Below the pieces are notes generated by a model, which saw only the letters and a list, made by a program, of their open reading frames with translations, ran no database searches and had not been told where the DNA came from. A stretch of 32,318 bases of DNA from assembly GCA_051941275.1 (NCBI GenBank), contig JAVEBF010000080.1:1-32318 (forward strand), written 5' to 3'. Position 1 is the stretch's first letter, and every line of letters starts with the position of its first letter. Origin of the DNA: Dirinaria sp. TL-2023a. Lineage: Eukaryota. The position numbers and the translations under genes were made by a program. Shown piece after piece: positions 30,143 to 32,318 of the stretch.

Positions 30143-32007
30143 CTAGTATGATGCCATACGGCGTGACTGCGCTGGTCTGAGGTCTAATGGATCTATAGAA
30201 ATGGTATCCACAGCCATGAGGATGGAACCGCAGTGTCGCTCAGCTGCAAGTGGGCTATTGTCTGCTTCCCGTTCATGTTGACCGAAAGCAAACGTTTGTG
30301 CCCGGTTCAGCTTTTGTCGTTCTTGTTTCACCCGTCCAAGGCCTCGCCTGCGGGCCTGAAGATGCTCTTTTTCCTTCATCGTAACGTATTCTTGTGGCGT
30401 GCAACGGAGTCTATGGTCACTGAAAAAGGAGCTGTAACCACCGTCCAGAATATATAGCTCTGGGTATGTCAATGCTGGATAGCAATCAGCATTGGTTGCT
30501 CGGTCCCTGTGTCGTACGAACTGGGCCCTGCAGGATGTATCAGCAAATATCTCACGCAAAGAAACAGGTGTGACATACATAATGGGCGCCCGGTGAGCTG
30601 AGTATTCGCAGTGTAGAATTAGTAGCGCATTCTGTGGTTTGCAGGAATTATTAATCTCGAAGAGGTCTTTCGCTAAAGCTTCTTTACTATTAAAATTAAC
30701 AGCACCATCGATATGGCCACCTTCGTACTCATATTCAAACCGGCAATCGATGATGATAGACCGGTCGAAGCGATGGCAATACTTGCCGTCCAGTACTTCT
30801 ACCATAGTCTCTTTAGTAATACGCGGTACGGTTTCGTCCTCGGACCTAAAATGTGGAAGTTGTAGCTGCGGGCCATCCTCGATATCCTTGATCGGGTCCA
30901 ACCCGCTACAATATGTCGCCTTGTTTTCTTTCATTATGTCTGCAGGGTTATCCGTCATACTCAATGAACGGCGGAATTGCTTTCGTGGTCGCTGGCTTGG
31001 AGCAGATATTTTCCGCACATGGCCGCTGCCGGGAGACCCCGAGCGAAACTGCCTCATCAATCCTGGCAATGGCGGCTTGAGCTTCGGTGGAAACATGAGC
31101 GACGGCAGCGGCGAATTCGCGGATTGTGGCCGCTTCTCCGGGGACGGAGAAGAAGTGAGACCTTCGGTGACGGCGAACAAAGTTGTGGGTTCCGGAAGCT
31201 CAGGTGCGAAGCTAAAAGACGGCGGTCGCGTCTCGCCAATGGCAGAGCTAATGGTCACAGCAGTAGTAGAAAATCCTTTCCTCAGAGTAGGTCTAGACAA
31301 GGACGATTTTCTCCGCCTATAAAAATCGTCAAATCTGGAATACAGAAGACAGCCCAAATTTACTCACGCTGGCATGCATGCTGGCAGTAGACTAGGCTTG
31401 TTTGCCTCAGCAAGCCGCTCGTCTGTGGCTGAAAGTCCTCCGGTCCCTCCCAAAGTGGTGATTGTGGTGCGAGGTATAAAGGGAGCCTTATGTGGTAGCG
31501 GAGATATGTCCATGGGATCATTTCCTGGACCTGGCGAAGACGATGGTATTGGGGGCGTCGTCGAGCTCGCTGTCTTATTGTGAGCCACTTGCAATCATAC
31601 AGCACGGTGGGCAACTTTACCACGATCTATACACCTGCTGAATGGGAGGGAGGAGAACAACGCTCGTCGGGGGGTCGGATTCCTGGGGCTTTTGATTGTC
31701 AACGAACCTTCTTTGATGTGCATATTGCAAATTGCACATACCTCTGATCAATCAGAAGATTCTGCGACAAATCTGCCACGAGTGTCGAAGTCGGCGAGGA
31801 TCCTCGGACGGGCTTGTGGTTGAAATAATCCATACGGGCCTCCTTCACGCTTAAAGCTTCGAAATTGAAGCCACAGTTGAAATTCGTCGACGCCAAGGCA
31901 TGTCCTTGCTTCTCGTAAGCATACTGCCAGCACAGGTTTGATTCTCCGAATGTGCCGCATCGTGGTGCCTGCGGCTGCATTGTAGCTAAGGGTGACGAGA
32001 ACTCCAT
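30143..32007 (-). CDS. CDC25: M-phase inducer phosphatase Cdc25/NimT/Mih1, ~552 aa; exons 32007-31742, 31688-31621, 31569-31368, 31316-30579, 30527-30143
   Basis: Fungal N-terminal motifs MEFSSPLA, GSSPT..L.ADLSQN, PTPRRALF, MDISPLPHKAP. Rhodanese domain IIDCRFEYEYEGGHIDGAVN, HCEYSAHRAP, YPELYILDGGY. 1659 nt, in frame. Confidence 0.94.
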
Positions 32008-32318
32008 CTTGGTAGTATTGAGGCTAATTAGATTGACGGCGTGACGCAAGAGATTCGTCAAGCCAGTCCGGAAATGCCAAAGGATTTGTTGTTCGATGAG
32101 GCCACAATTGAACCTCGCAGCATCCGGTTTCCGAGTGTAGATATAGACTCCGAATAAAGGGTTGCTCTTCGACCATAAGCTATTGTTCGTAAAGCATGAT
32201 GCAACTTGATGGAAAGATTCGAAGCTTGCAAAAGCCGAACGGACCAATCCTGGATCCCTACCAAGCACTCTGGCCAAGGGTCGACGGGGAGGAACGACCG
32301 CCGAGGAGGGGAGGGGTG

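Noticed and set aside
30639..31322. 227-aa plus-strand ORF
   Set aside because: Antisense to CDC25 exon 4, starts at a non-ATG codon, no recognisable features.
32008..32277. Upstream in-frame extension of CDC25 exon 1
   Set aside because: Non-ATG start; family similarity begins at MEFSSPLA (32007).

Overview
Eukaryotic, intron-containing DNA from a filamentous ascomycete (Pezizomycotina; inferred from short GT..CTRAC..YAG introns and gene content). I reconstructed 12 protein-coding genes, plus one doubtful small ORF, by hand-splicing. In order: an 8-exon DAL5/TNA1-type MFS transporter, an orphan Cys-rich/acidic protein, a divergent neutral trehalase (GH37), a possible 80-aa hydrophilic ORF, OCT1, SRC1/HEH1, an RCR1-like membrane protein, ARL8, RPA135, an RTG2-like Ppx/GppA protein, a secreted phospholipase B, SLD5 and CDC25/nimT. 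No transposase, tRNA, rRNA or CRISPR was seen, and I found no clear novel multi-gene system. The most notable signals are: a ~225-bp foldback with telomere-like repeats upstream of SRC1; competing 3' splice sites in the SRC1 intron that would give long and short isoforms; strand-polarised AGGTA/TACCT tracts at promoters; a trehalase lacking the usual PKA site; and a phospholipase B with almost no N-glycosylation sequons.
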